Shown: piece after piece, positions 1-14,300 of the stretch
Layout of the letters: each line of letters begins with the position of its first letter
Position numbering within the stretch: the stretch's first letter is position 1
Assembly (NCBI RefSeq): GCF_018350175.1
Contig: NC_058368.1
Span: 110,982,001-111,046,000, forward strand
DNA: 64,000 bases
Direction of reading: 5' to 3'
From: Felis catus
Taxonomy: Eukaryota
Position numbers and translations under genes: made by a program
Notes under the pieces: model-generated
Seen by the model: only the letters and a program-made list of their open reading frames with translations
The model's database searches: none
What the model was told of the DNA's origin: nothing

Positions 1-156
1 TTCGAGCCCCGCGTCGGGCTCTGGGCTGATGGCTCAGAGCCTGGAGCCTGTTTCCGAGTCTGTGTCTCCCTCTCTCTCTGCCCCTCCCCCGTTCATGCTC
101 TGTCTCTCTCTGTCCCAGAAATAAATAAACCTTGAAAAAAATAAAAAAAAAAATTA
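1..156 (+). mobile_element. Young felid SINE (SINEC_Fc-type), cut by the window edge
   Basis: B-box region, (CT)n tract, AATAAA repeats and A tail. Confidence 0.85.
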
Positions 157-3100
157 AAAGACATTTAGGAACAATTAGCTACATTTTAATATAAATTTGG
201 TATTAGATGATGTTAAGGAATTATTTTTAATTGTGTAGATGTAATCATGATTCTGAAGTTATACAGGAAAATTTGCTTTTTTAAACAGATAGATAGTGAC
301 GTATTTAGAAATAAAATGTCAGGGTACCAATAATTTAAAATACTTCAGAAAACAAAATTGATGAAGCTCACGTAGCAAAATATTGTTAAAACATATTGCA
401 TATTAAAATGTTAAAAATAACATTATTCAAATAATAACAATTTCTTATTTGGAAGACTAGGAGTTTAAAATCCAAAGCAGAGTTAAGAAAACTATGCAGG
501 GGCGCCTGAGTGGCTCAGTCGGGTTAAGTGTCTGACTTTGGCTCAGGTCATGATCTCGCAGTTTGTGAGTTCCAGCCCCCCATTAGAGTTGCTGCTGTCA
601 GCCTGTCAGCACAGAGCCCGCTTCAAATCCTCTGTCCCCCTCTCTCTCTCTGCCCCTCCCCAACTTACGCTCTCTCTCTCAAAAAATATAACAATCCTTA
701 AAAATTAAAAAAAAAAAAAAAGAAAAAAACTATGCAAAAGTGGCCTAAATTTAGGAAAGCAGGACTTTGTGGAGTAGGAGGTGGGGTGGGGCTAAGAAAG
801 ATTGACAGTGCTTAGTTATTAGTCAAAATTATTTATAATTCATAAAGGTTACTGAAAAACGAATAAAATTTAAGAAGCTCCATATGGGTAGGAGCTAAGT
901 CTTTTACTCAAGGTTCCACCCTCAACTCCCACTACAATCAATGATTGTTACTGGAAGATGCTCAATAAATATTTATTGAATAAATGGATGAGGGGAAAAA
1001 TAACCATGTCTTCCCCATAAGGGCCAAATATTTGCATTTACACTTTGCTTCCAAAATGGTTTCAAAGAAACTTTTTTTTTTCAGGATTCACAAAACTTTA
1101 TTCATTTAGAATTAACAAGCTGTTCACATATCACTTAATAATGTTTCACAAGCTTGTAGGACATGGATTATCTTTGAGGAATTATTTTGATTTGCATGAA
1201 GTTTACAACTTTGTGCACCGTATGGTATTTTCCCTGTAAGTAAATAATAAGCAGTCTGAATTATCACATGAATTCTAAAACTTTGAGGGTTTTTTTAAAT
1301 TATTATAATGAAATACTAGCATGGTGAGATGTAATGTTTACAGTTTTAATCTGTCAGACCCATTTCCTCTAAAATAATTAGCTGAAATTATATGACATCA
1401 CACTAGCTTCCATTAAAGCCAGACACAGGCAACTCTCATTTGTGTGTTTGATAGTGGGCGACCAGTGGTGCATGTCACCACAAACAGAACATAATCTCAT
1501 GCTACATTGTTTGGGTATTTTATAATATATTTTCAAAATTTTTTATTCAAATATAAATTGACACACAGTGTTACATTTGTTTCAGGTATAAGAGGCTTAT
1601 ACTATTAAGCAGATCAAAATTTTAAATTATAAAAACAACCAGAATGAAAAAGATAATTAACTAGTTACTGCAACTAAACAGTAAATTTTTATTTAAGCTG
1701 CCTAAAAACCAATAGAAAGCATATTTTCTATATTTTATAAAAAGAAAGTAAACGAGTACTTCTGGAGATAAAAAGCCTTTACTGGTACTGAACTATATCT
1801 GACTTCATAAATTCTTATTAAAAGTAACATGGGGGATGCCTGCGTGGCTCAGTCAGTTAAGCATCCCACTCTTGATTTCGGCTCGGATCATGACCTCACA
1901 GTTTGTGAGATTGAGCCCCATGTCAGGCTTCTGTGCTGACAGCGCAGAGCCTGCTTGGGATTCTCTCTCTCTGTCTCTCCCTGCCCCTGCCCGTGCTCTT
2001 TCTCTCTCTCAAAATAAATAAACGTTAAAAAAAAAAAGTAACATGGGGTATCACAGTAGATAATATCTCAGACATTTCAGTTATATAAAAAACCACTCAA
2101 CTGAAATTTGGAGATACTAGGAAAATAAAGTTTTCCTTTCTTAAGTTTTCCTTTCCTTTTTGTCAACATGAAGATAAACTTATATCAAGGCCAGAATCCA
2201 GATAATAAGCATAATAATATTCTAATGAGCCACTTCACTCATGGCTGCCTTAATTCTCAAGGGTTACTAATTTTTCAATATTCTGTGAGGTGAGAGACAT
2301 GCATAATTTTACTTCAGGTCCTAGATAAGACAAAGAGAATAAAAGAATTTAGGTGCTTCTGTCCAGGCCTTTTTCTCTGCTGCTCCAACAACTCTATGGG
2401 TATTCTTCCATACTTGGTGCTGAGGACTTTTTCTTTCTGTTCCTTGGAGAATAATCCATCCTTACCTCTTCAACCAAAGTCTCTAAGAGGAAGATTCCCA
2501 AATCCCAAAGATACCCAGTTCTGACAACTTCCTAGAAATACCATGTTAAATAATTGGTCAACCACTATTTTTACTTAGAAATTCTCACTGTCTTTTAAAA
2601 TATACAATATTTCTAAAAGCAATTCCCTCTTCTAAATAAAACCAGTGACTGTCAATGGTACCAAAATTCTTCTGCTCTCAAATTAAAAACCTTGTAATTC
2701 TTTGATTTCTCATTTTATTCACATCCCTCTCATATCTACTTAGTCCCCACATCTTATCATTTCTTTCTGTTTTGTTTTGTTTTGTTTTGTTTTGTTTTGT
2801 TTTGTTTTTGAGAGAGAGCAAGTAGAAACAGGGGAGGGGCAGAGAGAGAGGGAGAGAGAGAATCCCAAAAGGAGTCAGTACTGACAGCGCAAAGCCCAAC
2901 GCAGGCCTTGATTTCACAACCTTTGAGATCATGACCTGAGCTGAAAATCAAGGGTAGGATGCTAAACCAACCAAGCCACCCAGGCGCTCCTCATTTCTCT
3001 TTTGAAGTCTCCATTCTCTCCCTTTGCCATCCCTCCTCTACCTATTCCAAGCCCTTACCATTTCATATCTGGATTATCACAACAGCCTCTCACCTGACCT

Positions 3101-4225
3101 GCTTCTGCCCATACTTATCCTCTACACTTTGACATCCTTGCCAAAATAAGCTTAGGTTTTATTTTAATCCTGTTACAGCCAGGCTCAAAAACCTTCCATG
3201 GTTTCCCAGTATCCTCCGGAAAAAGTCCAAACTCTTTGAGGATGAATCTCAGGACACTGGAAACCTCTCCGCAGGGCACCTGTGCAATCTTATCACCCTT
3301 TACCTAGTCTATGCAAACCCCACTTATCACCACTCTCCGAGTCCCCTGTGGGGCTCAGGAGAGTGGCTCAGGCCTGCCACTATTCTCACAGTAACACCCC
3401 ATCTGAATTTATTTTTTCTTCTATTCCAGTGAAATCCTAGCTACAATTCCAAGTTCGACTTACTTTAGTTTTACTTCCTCTTTGAAGTCCTCTACTCAGA
3501 GTATAGCACATAGTGGTCTTTCCCTTAATTCAAGAAACATTTTAAATAGATAAGGCACTATAGGCATACAGATAACACAACTATTCCTGACTCCTTACCA
3601 GCACTACTTATTAAGCCTTAAAATATGCTTGACACAGTGCTAAATACATTATACATACTACCTAATGTCAACCTTTACAAAAAATCTGTGATGTACTACT
3701 ATAGTGTCATTTTATTTTTATTTATTTAAAAAAAATTTTTTTAAACGTTTATTCATTTTTGAGAGACACAGAGACAGCGTGTGAATGGGGGAAAAGCAGA
3801 GAGAGAGGGAGACACAGAATCCAAAGCAGGATCCAGGCTCCCAGCTGTCAGCACAGAGCCCGATGTGGGGCTCGAACCCACGAACTGTGAGATCATGACC
3901 TGAGCCGAAGCCGGACACTGAACCGACTGAGCCACCCAGGCACCCCTATAGTATCATTTTATAGATGAGGAGGATGAGACTCAGAGAGGTTAGATAACTT
4001 TCCTGGGACCAGAGAGTAATGGTGCTACCACCTGTCACTGTGCACTACTGCAGTGAGCTGTGAACTGCACAAGTTGTGTTGTTATCCATAGCAGAACTGG
4101 TGGGTGAAAACCTAGGATAGTCTGATTCCACAGACTGTGCTCTTAACTATTACATTATACTGCCTCCCCAAGGATCCAGCTGGCAAGGAAATTACAATCT
4201 GAATTCTAGTTGCTATCACAACCAC

Positions 4226-4460
4226 ATTTTTCTTTTTTTTTTTTAATTTTTTTTTAACATTTATTTTTGAGACAGAGAGAGACAGAGCATGAACGGGGGA
4301 GGGGCAGAGAGAGAGGGAGACCCAGAATCGGAAGCAGGCTCCAGGCTCTGAGCCATCATCAGCCCAGAGCCCGACGCGGGGCTCGAACTCACGGACCACG
4401 AGATCGTGACCTGAGCTGAAGTCGGACAGACGCTTAACCGACTGAGCCACCCAGGCGCCC
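4226..4460 (-). mobile_element. SINEC_Fc-type SINE
   Basis: Full-length Can-SINE; flanking CCACATTTT repeats. Confidence 0.85.
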
Positions 4461-4811
4461 ACAGCCACATTTTTCAAAACCATTAAAGTGAAATACACTA
4501 TTAGCAAGACAGAGAATTAGAAATTAAGATATCCGAGAAAGCCTAGGATATATAGATGCTATATCATTTACTAATAAAACTATTTATTAATAAAACTATT
4601 CTTACTGAATATATATATCTAGCTTTCCAGAAAGTAGAGCTCAAGTTGGGAACAAAAAACTCCACAAAAACCTGCTGAGCTCAGGGCTCCTGGGTGGCTC
4701 AGTCAGTTGAGTGTCAGACTCTTGGTTTCGGCTCAGGTTGTGATCTCAGGGTTCGTGAGATCGATCCCCACATTGGGCTCTGTGCTGACATTTGTGAAGC
4801 CTAGTTGGGAT

Positions 4812-4843
<32 letters not shown>

Positions 4844-5633
4844 TCTCTCTGCCCTTCCCCTGCTTGTGCTATCTCTGTCTGTCTCAAAATAAACAGATCA
4901 ACAACAACAACAAAACCTGCTGAGCTCAACACTTACTCGGCAATGCTAAAGGCAACATTAAAAATCAGAACAAGTGAGGGGTGCCTGGGTGGCTCAGTCA
5001 GGTAAACGTCCTACTTCAGCGCAGGTCAGATCCCGTGGTCTGTGAGTTCCAGCCCCACATCAGGCTCTGTGCTGACAGCTCAGAGCCTGGAGCCTGCTTC
5101 AGATTCTGTGTTTCCCTCTCTCTCTGCCCCTCCCCCACTCATGCTCTGTCTCTCTCTCAGGAATAAACAAAAGTTAAAAAAAATTTTTTTTAAGCAGAAC
5201 AATTGATCTTCTTTCCTGTCTTAATTTTTTCATGTTAAACAAGTCTCCATACCTCTTAGCCACTTTATTTTTTCTTTCTTTCCGTAAAGGTATTGACATT
5301 CATTTGCCATTACACTGTCCTAGTTTCCAGTTCCTATCTCCAAACATCCCTTCATTTGAGCCAGCCCGACATTTTAATGTACTTTCCACAATAAAAGGTA
5401 CCCCAATTGACTGTTGATTCTTCCTTATGAAATTACTAATACTTTAGTATTCCAACTTGGTTTGCCCTATTGTTATAGTTATAGCTTTATTATTGTGTAG
5501 TCAATATGTTTTACAATTCTGTAACTAAATTTTAAGGTAGTGACCCCAATTCAATTAATATTGTACAGGAAAATAAATTTTAAATCTTCATAAAGGGCAC
5601 TTATGATTCATATACAGCCTATAGTTTGGCTTA

Positions 5634-5843
<210 letters not shown>

Positions 5844-6672
5844 CTATTGACAAAAGAAACAGATTTTTAATAAATTATTACATGCACAATAATTTGTACA
5901 TATAACACATATAATTTTAAAGTTTATTTATTTTGAGAGACAACATGCATACATGTAAGGGATGGGCAGAGAGGGAGGGAGAGACAGAATCCCAAGCAGG
6001 CTCTGTGCTGCCAGAAGGGATTGATCCCACAAACCATGAATCATGACCATAGCTGAAATCAAGAGTCAGATGTTTAAACAGCTGAGCTACCCAGGTGCCC
6101 CAAGATCTATGGAATTTTAAAAAGCAAAAATATTCTTAGCTTCTTTTACTCCATGCATTTCAATAGAAAATTTTCAACTTATTTGCTTACATTCCTATTT
6201 TCTAAAATGCTAAACTTGGGGCACCTGTCTGGTTCAGTTGGAAAAACATGCAACTCTTGATCTCGCAGTCTTGAGTTTGAGCCCCACGTTAGGTGTACAG
6301 ATTACTCAAAAAATAAACTTAAAAAAAATTCTAAACTATTTCATAATTAATACATATAAAACAAGGGGAAATGTACTGCCTTACTTGAGGTTGGCATTTG
6401 ATTGCTTACTAAAATAACTTGGTTAGTGTACTATAATACAACTTGGTATTATCCTTTAACTTGGTTCATAGTTAAATTTAATATCTGAAATTTAAAATGT
6501 TTTTACATCTTTGGGCGCCTGGGTGGCTCAGTTGGTTAAGCATATGACTTCAGCTCAGGTCATGATCTCACGGTTTGTGAGTTCGAGCCCTGCATCAGTC
6601 TCTGTGCTGACAGCTCGGAGCCTGGAGCCTGCTTCGGATTCTGTGTCTCCCTCTCTCTCTGTCCCTCCCCTG

Positions 6673-6719
<47 letters not shown>

Positions 6720-7801
6720 TCAAGAATAAATAAACATTAAAAAAATTTTTTAATAAAATATTCTTACATTTTCAAGCGAGCATGGATTTCAGTGCCATTC
6801 AGTACATGATATGAATTTTAAGAAATTATTTTATTAGTGTGATCCTAAAGTCTCAAAAGTAAAACATAAGTTCCAAGTGGACAGTATAAATTAATAATAC
6901 TAGAACAAGAGCATCAAAATATCTAGAACACTTTCAGATATGTGAAAAAACAATTTATAGCTATAGGAACTTTATAAAAATATACCATTGTTTGTGGATA
7001 CCTTTTTGTTCACTGTCTGTAATAGTCTATTAAGCAATAAAACATCTTTTTAAACTAGTAACACTGTTAAAATAACTTCCAAAGAGTAAAAATGGCATGT
7101 ACCAGCCTAGAAAACAAGTCAGGCTCCATATTTTATGCTGCTTACTTTAGTTTTTAACACGCTGAATTATTGCCAAATATTCTCAAATATTTAACATTTT
7201 CAAATTACCAAAAACGTTTATTCATTTGGCTAAAAACTGAGAGGTACAGGGGCTCCTGAGCAGACTCCTAATTTCTCAGGTCATGATCTCAGTTTCATGA
7301 GATCTAGTCCCACATCATGCTCTGTGCTGACAGTGCATGGAGACTGCTTCTGATTCTCTCTCTCTCCCTCTCTCTCTCTCTCTGCCCTTCCCTGCTCATG
7401 CTTGCTCTCTTTCAAAATAAATAAATAAACTTAAAAAATTTAATTGAGAGGTATATTTTCAATGTTAGATTCATTAGAAAACTATGATTTTATGAAAAAA
7501 TATTTGCCTTTATTCTAATGGCACAATATCAATTTTTCGACTTATCTGCACTAACACATAGACCTAAGTCCTTAAAATATGACCAAGAGAAAAACATGCC
7601 AGAATATAATGCCAGATTCCCTTCCTATTTTTGTTCCCAATTTCCCTGATTGGCAAGATGCCAAAATGCTGCAGTGACAGCATGCTGGCAGTATCAAGAA
7701 TAATTGACTGGTTTTGGACACTACTCTACTAACCCTTCAACTAAGGAAAATTACTGTTTCCCTGTCCAGTCTTTATTTTAAAGGCAAAAGCAACAAAGAG
7801 G

Positions 7802-8026
7802 TTTTTTTTTTAATTTTTTTTTTAACGTTTATTTATTTTTGAGACAGAGAGAGACAGAGCATGAATGGGGGAGGGTCAGAGAGAGAGGGAGACACAGAAT
7901 CCGAAACAGGCTCCAGGCTCTGAGCTGTCAGCACAGAGCCCGACGTGGGGCTCGAACTCACGGACCGCGAGATCGTGACCTGAGCCGAAGTCGGCTGCTT
8001 AACCGACTGAGCCACCCAGGCGCCCC
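7802..8026 (-). mobile_element. Felid Can-SINE
   Basis: Full length; TSD AAAAGCAACAAAGAG on both sides. Confidence 0.85.
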
Positions 8027-9075
8027 AAAAGCAACAAAGAGTTAATGTGAGTTAATAAGCACCATGGAAGATCCACCCAGGGTAAGGAATCAGGTGTTTT
8101 CTCAGATAAACCATGAAACTCCTATAAATGCTCCACTGTCACTTTTCAAATTGTTTACTTTTGTCTTCCTTCATAATCAGATAACTTTTCTACAGATATT
8201 ATCACTAATTACTCTAACTGTAATTTATTAAACAAAATTCTAGAAGATAAAAATTTAATTCAAATAAATAAATCACTATGGCAATCTTTTTAGACTAAAA
8301 ATGTGAAATAATCCAAGAACTCTCTCTTGTTGGGTTAGATCAAACAAAAACTTCTGTAAGAAATAAGCCAATGAATAAAAAATTTTTTGAAAAAAAAATA
8401 AGCCAATGAAAATAAATAGCTAAGGTATCTCAAAACAGTTTGTATAATAACAATAAAGTACATTTTCAAATTCATCTCTGTGTTCTTGCCACATATTGGT
8501 TGTTTTACAAAATGATAAAGTAGAAAAAAATAATCACCTTAAATGTAACAGTTGAATAAAGAGCAAAAGATATTGCCTGTGAAAAGATCTTCTGATCAGA
8601 TTTTCACTTATGATGTACAGTAACTGCCTTACATTATTACTGTTTTAGGTGATCAGGAATAGGACTGGCAACTCACAAAATCATAACATCTTTACTGACT
8701 TTAATTGCTTTCCATTGTCTAGAGACAGAGCACTTCAACAATCCACACATATAGATGCCTAATATACTTATTCTACTTAAAAAACAAATTGGAGTGTCTG
8801 GGTGGCTCAGTTGGTTAAGCATCCTACTCTTGATTTCAGCTCAGGTCATGATTTCACAGTTCATGAGATTGAGCCTGCATCAGGCTCAGTGCTGACAGTG
8901 TGGAACCTGCTTTAGGATTCACTCCCTCTCTCTCTGCCCCTCCCTTGCTTTCGTGCACACTTGTGAGCTCACTCACTCTCTCTCTCTCTCAAAAATAAAT
9001 AAATAAACTTTTAAAAACATAAAAAATTAAAAAAACAAATTCATCCATCATATCCAATATAGGTTTAAAAAGAAA

Positions 9076-11180
9076 GAATTTCAAAGGGCTAGAACAAATA
9101 ATCCTAAAATTTGTATAGAATCACAAAAGACCTCAAACAGGCAAAGAAATCTTGAGAAAGTAGAACAAAGTCTGAAGTATCACAGTCCCAGATTTCCAGA
9201 TATACTACAAAGCTAGAGTATCAAAACCATATGATATGGGTACAAAATAATTATACATAAATCAAGAGAACAGGACACAGGATCAATGAACCACAAAGAT
9301 AAATGGGAGTGGCACAAAAACTGACACACAGGTCAACACACAACAATTGACCTATATGGTCAATTAATTGACAACAAAGGAGGTAAGAATGTACAATCAG
9401 GTAAACATAATATTTTTTTTAATGTTTATTTATTTTCGAGGGAGAGAGAGACAGAGTGTGAGTGGTGGAGGGGCAGAGAGAGAGGGAGACAGATTCTGAA
9501 GCAGGCTCCAGGCTCTGAGCTGTAAGCACACAGCCAGATGCAGGGCTCTAACTCACGAGCCATGAGATCATGACCTGAGCTGAAGTTGGAAGCTTAACTG
9601 ACTGAGCTACCCAGGCAAACCAAAACATAATCTTTTTAATAAATAGTACTGAGAAAAGTGGACAGCTATATGCCAAAAAAAATGAAACTGCACCGCTTTG
9701 AACACCATACACAAAAAAAACCTCAAAATGGATTAAAGACCTAAATGTGACACCTGAAGCCATAAAATTCCTAAAACATTAAGCAGTAATCTCTTAGAAA
9801 TTCCTCCTTAGCAATGTGTTTATGAATCTATCTCTTCAGGCAAGGGAAACAAAAGCAAAAATAAATAAATGGGACTACACCAAAATAAAAAGCTTTTGCA
9901 CAGCAAAAGAAACTATCAACAACAAAAAAAGGCAACCTAGTGAAAGGGAGAAGATACTTACAAATGATGTATCCGTAAGGTGTTAATATCCACCATACAT
10001 AAACAACTTACACACCTCTACAGTAAAAAGATAATACTATTTAAAAATGGGCAAAGGACCTGAATAGACATTTTTCCAACAAAGACATACATATGGCCAA
10101 CAGGCACATAAAAGATGCTCGACATCACTAATCATCAGGGAAATGCAAATCAAAACCACAATGAGATACCACTTCACACTAATCAGAATGGCTAGTATCA
10201 AAAAGAGAAGAAATAATACGTGTTGACAAGAATGTGGAGAAAAGGGAACGCTTGTGCTGTGTGTGGGGACTATTAATTGGAGTAGCTACTGTGGAAAACA
10301 GTATGCAGGTTGCTCAAAAAATTAGATGTAGAAATACCATATAATCCAGTAATTCCAATGCTGGGTATTTGCCCAAAGAAAATGAAAACATCAGTTCAGA
10401 AAGATACATGCACCCTGTTTATTGCAGCTTATTTACAATAGCTAAGATATGGAAGCAACTTAAGTGTCCATCCATAAATGAATGGATAAAGAAGATGTGA
10501 TGTATGTGTGTTCATACACACACACACACACACATATATATACAACAGAATATTACTCAACTATAAAAAAGAATGAGATCTTTTTTTTATTTTTTTAAGT
10601 AATCTCAACACCCAATGTGGGGCTCAAACTCACAAGTCTGAGATCAAGAGTGGTACACTCTACTGACTGAGCCAGACAGGCACCCAAAAATAATGAGATC
10701 TTAATATTTGTGAGAACACGAATGGACCTAGAAGGTATTATGCTAAGTGAAATAAGTAAAAAAAAAAAAGACAAGTACCATATGATTTCACTTATACATG
10801 GAATCTAAAAATTACAAAACAAATCAACAAACAAAAAATCAAACAGACTCTTAAAAACAGAGAACAAAATATTGGTTGCTAGAGGGGAGGGAGGAACAAA
10901 CTGGTGGATGCCAGAGGGGAGGGAAGAGAGTGAATGGGCAAAATAAATAAAGGGATTAAGAGGTACAAACTTCCAGTGATAAAACTAAAAAGTCATAGAG
11001 ATGAAAACTATAGCATAGGAAATATGGTCAATAATATTCTAATGACATTGTATGGTGACAGAGGATGACTACACTTGCCAAGGTGAACACTGAGTCGTGC
11101 ACAGAATTGTCACATCACTATGTTGTACACCTGAAACTACTATAACATTGTATGTTCAATATACTTCAATTATAAAAAAG
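9076..11180 (+). mobile_element. L1 3' portion (decayed ORF2 end and 3'UTR) interrupted by two SINEs
   Basis: Typical L1 segments such as CAGGGAAATGCAAATCAAAACCACAATGAGATACCAC and TATGCTAAGTGAAATAAG. SINE insertions at about 9411-9616 and 10581-10686 (TSD AATGAGATCTT). Confidence 0.85.
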
Positions 11181-12515
11181 AGGCAAATATTACTTTCGTA
11201 TCATATAAAAATGAACGAGAGTAGGTTTTCTTCATCATATAAAACATCTAGACTATGTTGTGAAAGCCATAAACCTTAAAGCATCTAGACAAATTCCAAT
11301 AAATAAAATATGTAGATTTAAAATTTTTTTAATCACTAGTTTTGTACCTAATCTCCAAAAATGCTAATCCTCCTTTCTTCACACTCCTGAGTTCTTTCCC
11401 CTGGGTTGACCTGTCATACCCACACAAAATTCTATCTTCTGCCCCCATCTCTAAAAGCACACTAGTCATTTTTACTTAAATATATTCCTGTCACCTCAAA
11501 TTCAACATTTCTAAAAGTGAACTACTTCCCAGACCATTTCTTTTTTGGGTCTTTCATATTTCCATCAATGATAACAGTCACTGAACTTCAATTCTTTTTT
11601 TCTCCTCCCTTTGTTTCCTTCTACATCCTTTCATGTCTTTTTTTTTTTTTTGAAATGTATTCTATTTTAACTTTACTTTTCTCACTTTAAATTCAAATTG
11701 CTGCAATCCAGCAAGGGCTCTCGTGATATTTACCAGGATTCTTGAATTAAATTTATGAGCTCTCGCTATTTTTACTCAGTCTTCCAATCTATTCTAAAAA
11801 ATAGTGCTAGATTAATTATTTTGAATTCAAAATATTCCACCTCTTACAAAATCAAGTTTTGTCCCTTTTTTGTGTGTGTGAAATGACATCAGTTTGTTGT
11901 TGTTGTTTTTTTTAATGTTTTGGTTTTTTTTTTTTTTTGAGACAGAGAGAGACAAGAGCATGAATGGGGGAGGGTCAGAGAGAGGGAGACACAGAATCTG
12001 AAGCAGACTCCAGGCTCTGAGCTGTCAGCACAGAGCCCAACGTGGGGCTCGAACTCACAGACCACGAGATCATGACCTGAGCCAAAGTCGGACGCTTAAC
12101 TGACTGAGCCACCCAGGCGCCCCAAGTTTTGTCCATTTAAGAAAAGACTTGGGGCACCTGGATGGCTCATTGGGTTGAGTGTCCAACTCTTGATACTGGC
12201 CCAGGTCATGATCTCATGGTTGTGAGATGGAGCCCTGCATCAGGCTCTCTGCTGAGTGTGGAGCCTGCTTGGGATTCTCTCTCTCTCTCTCTCTCTGCCC
12301 TTCCCTCGCTCTCTCTCAAAATAAATAAACATTTAAATAATTTTTAAAAAGACAAGACTTTAAAACCTAACTCCTGTTTACTTCTCTAATATCACCTCCT
12401 TCTACTTCTTTACAAAAAAACTCTACAGGCAAAAGTCTCTGGTCTCTCCTCAGAACTACTTGGGCATCTCTGAGTTTATGTTGTTTCCTAATGTGGAATA
12501 AATTAGTTTCTCTCT

Positions 12516-12736
12516 GGGGCGCCTGGGTGGCGCAGTCGGTTAAGCGTCCGACTTCAGCCAGGTCACGATCTCACGGTCCGTGAGTTCGAGCCCCGCGTCG
12601 GGCTCTGGGCCGATGGCTCGGAGCCTGGAGACTGTTTCCGATTCTGTGTCTCCCTCTCTCTCTGCCCCTCCCCCGTTCATGCTCTGTCTCTCTCTGTCCC
12701 CAAAATAAATAAATGTTGAAAAAAAAATTAAAAAAA
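12516..12736 (+). mobile_element. Young SINEC_Fc-type SINE
   Basis: Head GGGGCGCCTGGGTGGCGCAGTCGGTTAAGCGTCCGAC with CpGs intact; 16-bp TSD AAATTAGTTTCTCTCT at 12500-12515 and 12737-12752. Confidence 0.9.
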
Positions 12737-13166
12737 AAATTAGTTTCTCTCTCCTGCCTAAATTCTGTACATGCTTTAAGGCCAAATTCATGTTCTATTT
12801 CCTCCAAGAAAATTTCTCTACCCAACTGGCCTTTGTGTTAATCAACTGGCATTTAGCATAAGCCACTTTCTATTCAGTATGGTTTTCAAGTGCCCTCCCA
12901 TCTTTCTGATTAAATAGTAAAAAGTTCTGAAAAGGAGGTACTGCATTATAATCTCAGCATCTGGCAAAATGCCTTTCACAAACCAGATGTTTTTACTAAT
13001 TATTATACCTGCATATTTCTGAACAAACATTTCACAACATTTGGCATAACTATTGTTACATTACACATAAGCATATATATCTTGTATTGCTATAAAATTT
13101 CAAAATACACACAATAAGGTAGGGTACCACACTTTATGCCTACTATATGTCTTAATATATGTGTTA

Positions 13167-13469
<303 letters not shown>

Positions 13470-13719
13470 TTATTTATTCAAGCTGCGCAATGCATTTCCA
13501 CAATAAACCCGTATTTTAAAATACCTAAACATAAAAAAATATTAATCTTTTCCACAGACTCTTGTTTGTCTTTGGGACTCTGCCACCTGCAGACAGTAGG
13601 GTGTCCTTGTGGGGCTCCAGCCTCACCAGAACTTAGAGATCTTCCTGCTGTCTCGGTCATTCCCATGAACACTAAGATTGAACATTCCTTCACTACATGT
13701 CACCCATCAGGAGTGGGGT

Positions 13720-14300
13720 CCGCACACTTCCTGTCATGCGCCCGTCAGGTATGGGGGTTCCCAAAATACTGCAGTCGCCTACAGGTCAGACACCGGACCC
13801 AAGAAAACCTCAGCCCCACCCGCTCCTCAAACCAGACACCCGGACCAGTCGCGCCCTTCTTCCCGAAGTCGACCTCATCCAGGCAACCACCGACGTCTCA
13901 GCCCATTTTGTAATGACGCCAGCCAGGTTCCGCGCAGACCCAGCGGGTCAACTAGACACTGACCCTACTTATCTCGCCTGCCCAGCTAAATCCCGGCAGG
14001 CCACTACCATGGCAACGATGCAGCTGGCCTCACGCCCCGGGCTCTACTGCGCAAGACCGGAACATCGGCCCGACCCCACCCGACCCGGAAGAGCAAATGA
14101 GGCGAGGTGAAAGCGCTCAGAGAAAGCTTGCGTGGGGTGGGGTGGGAAGTTTATGGATTGAGACCAACTCACAAGGTTGGTTTTGAGCTGAGAGCGGGAG
14201 GACCCCCATTTTGACAGCACCCAGGGTCTTCACGTCTTCTAAGGAAGGGCCACAGAGGCGCCAGCTTGCCCGACCAGCTCTTAGATGCCTCCGGGCCAAC
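13720..14300 (-). promoter_or_regulatory. CDKL3: CDKL3 CpG-island promoter and probable non-coding exon 1
   Basis: CpG-rich segment about 0.3-0.9 kb upstream of the first coding exon. Has ETS-like CCGGAA motifs, an RFX-like site at 14003-14016 and a candidate donor AGG|GTCAGT at 13964/13963. Exon boundaries are uncertain. Confidence 0.65.

Noticed and set aside
6218..6328. Short tRNA-Lys-like elements (also near 21117, 23970, 39700 and 44995)
   Set aside because: Degenerate tRNA-derived SINE heads with A-rich tails; no intact cloverleaf, so not tRNA genes.
9076..10500. Possible intact L1 ORF2
   Set aside because: 5'-truncated, interrupted by a SINE, and no long ORF in the track.
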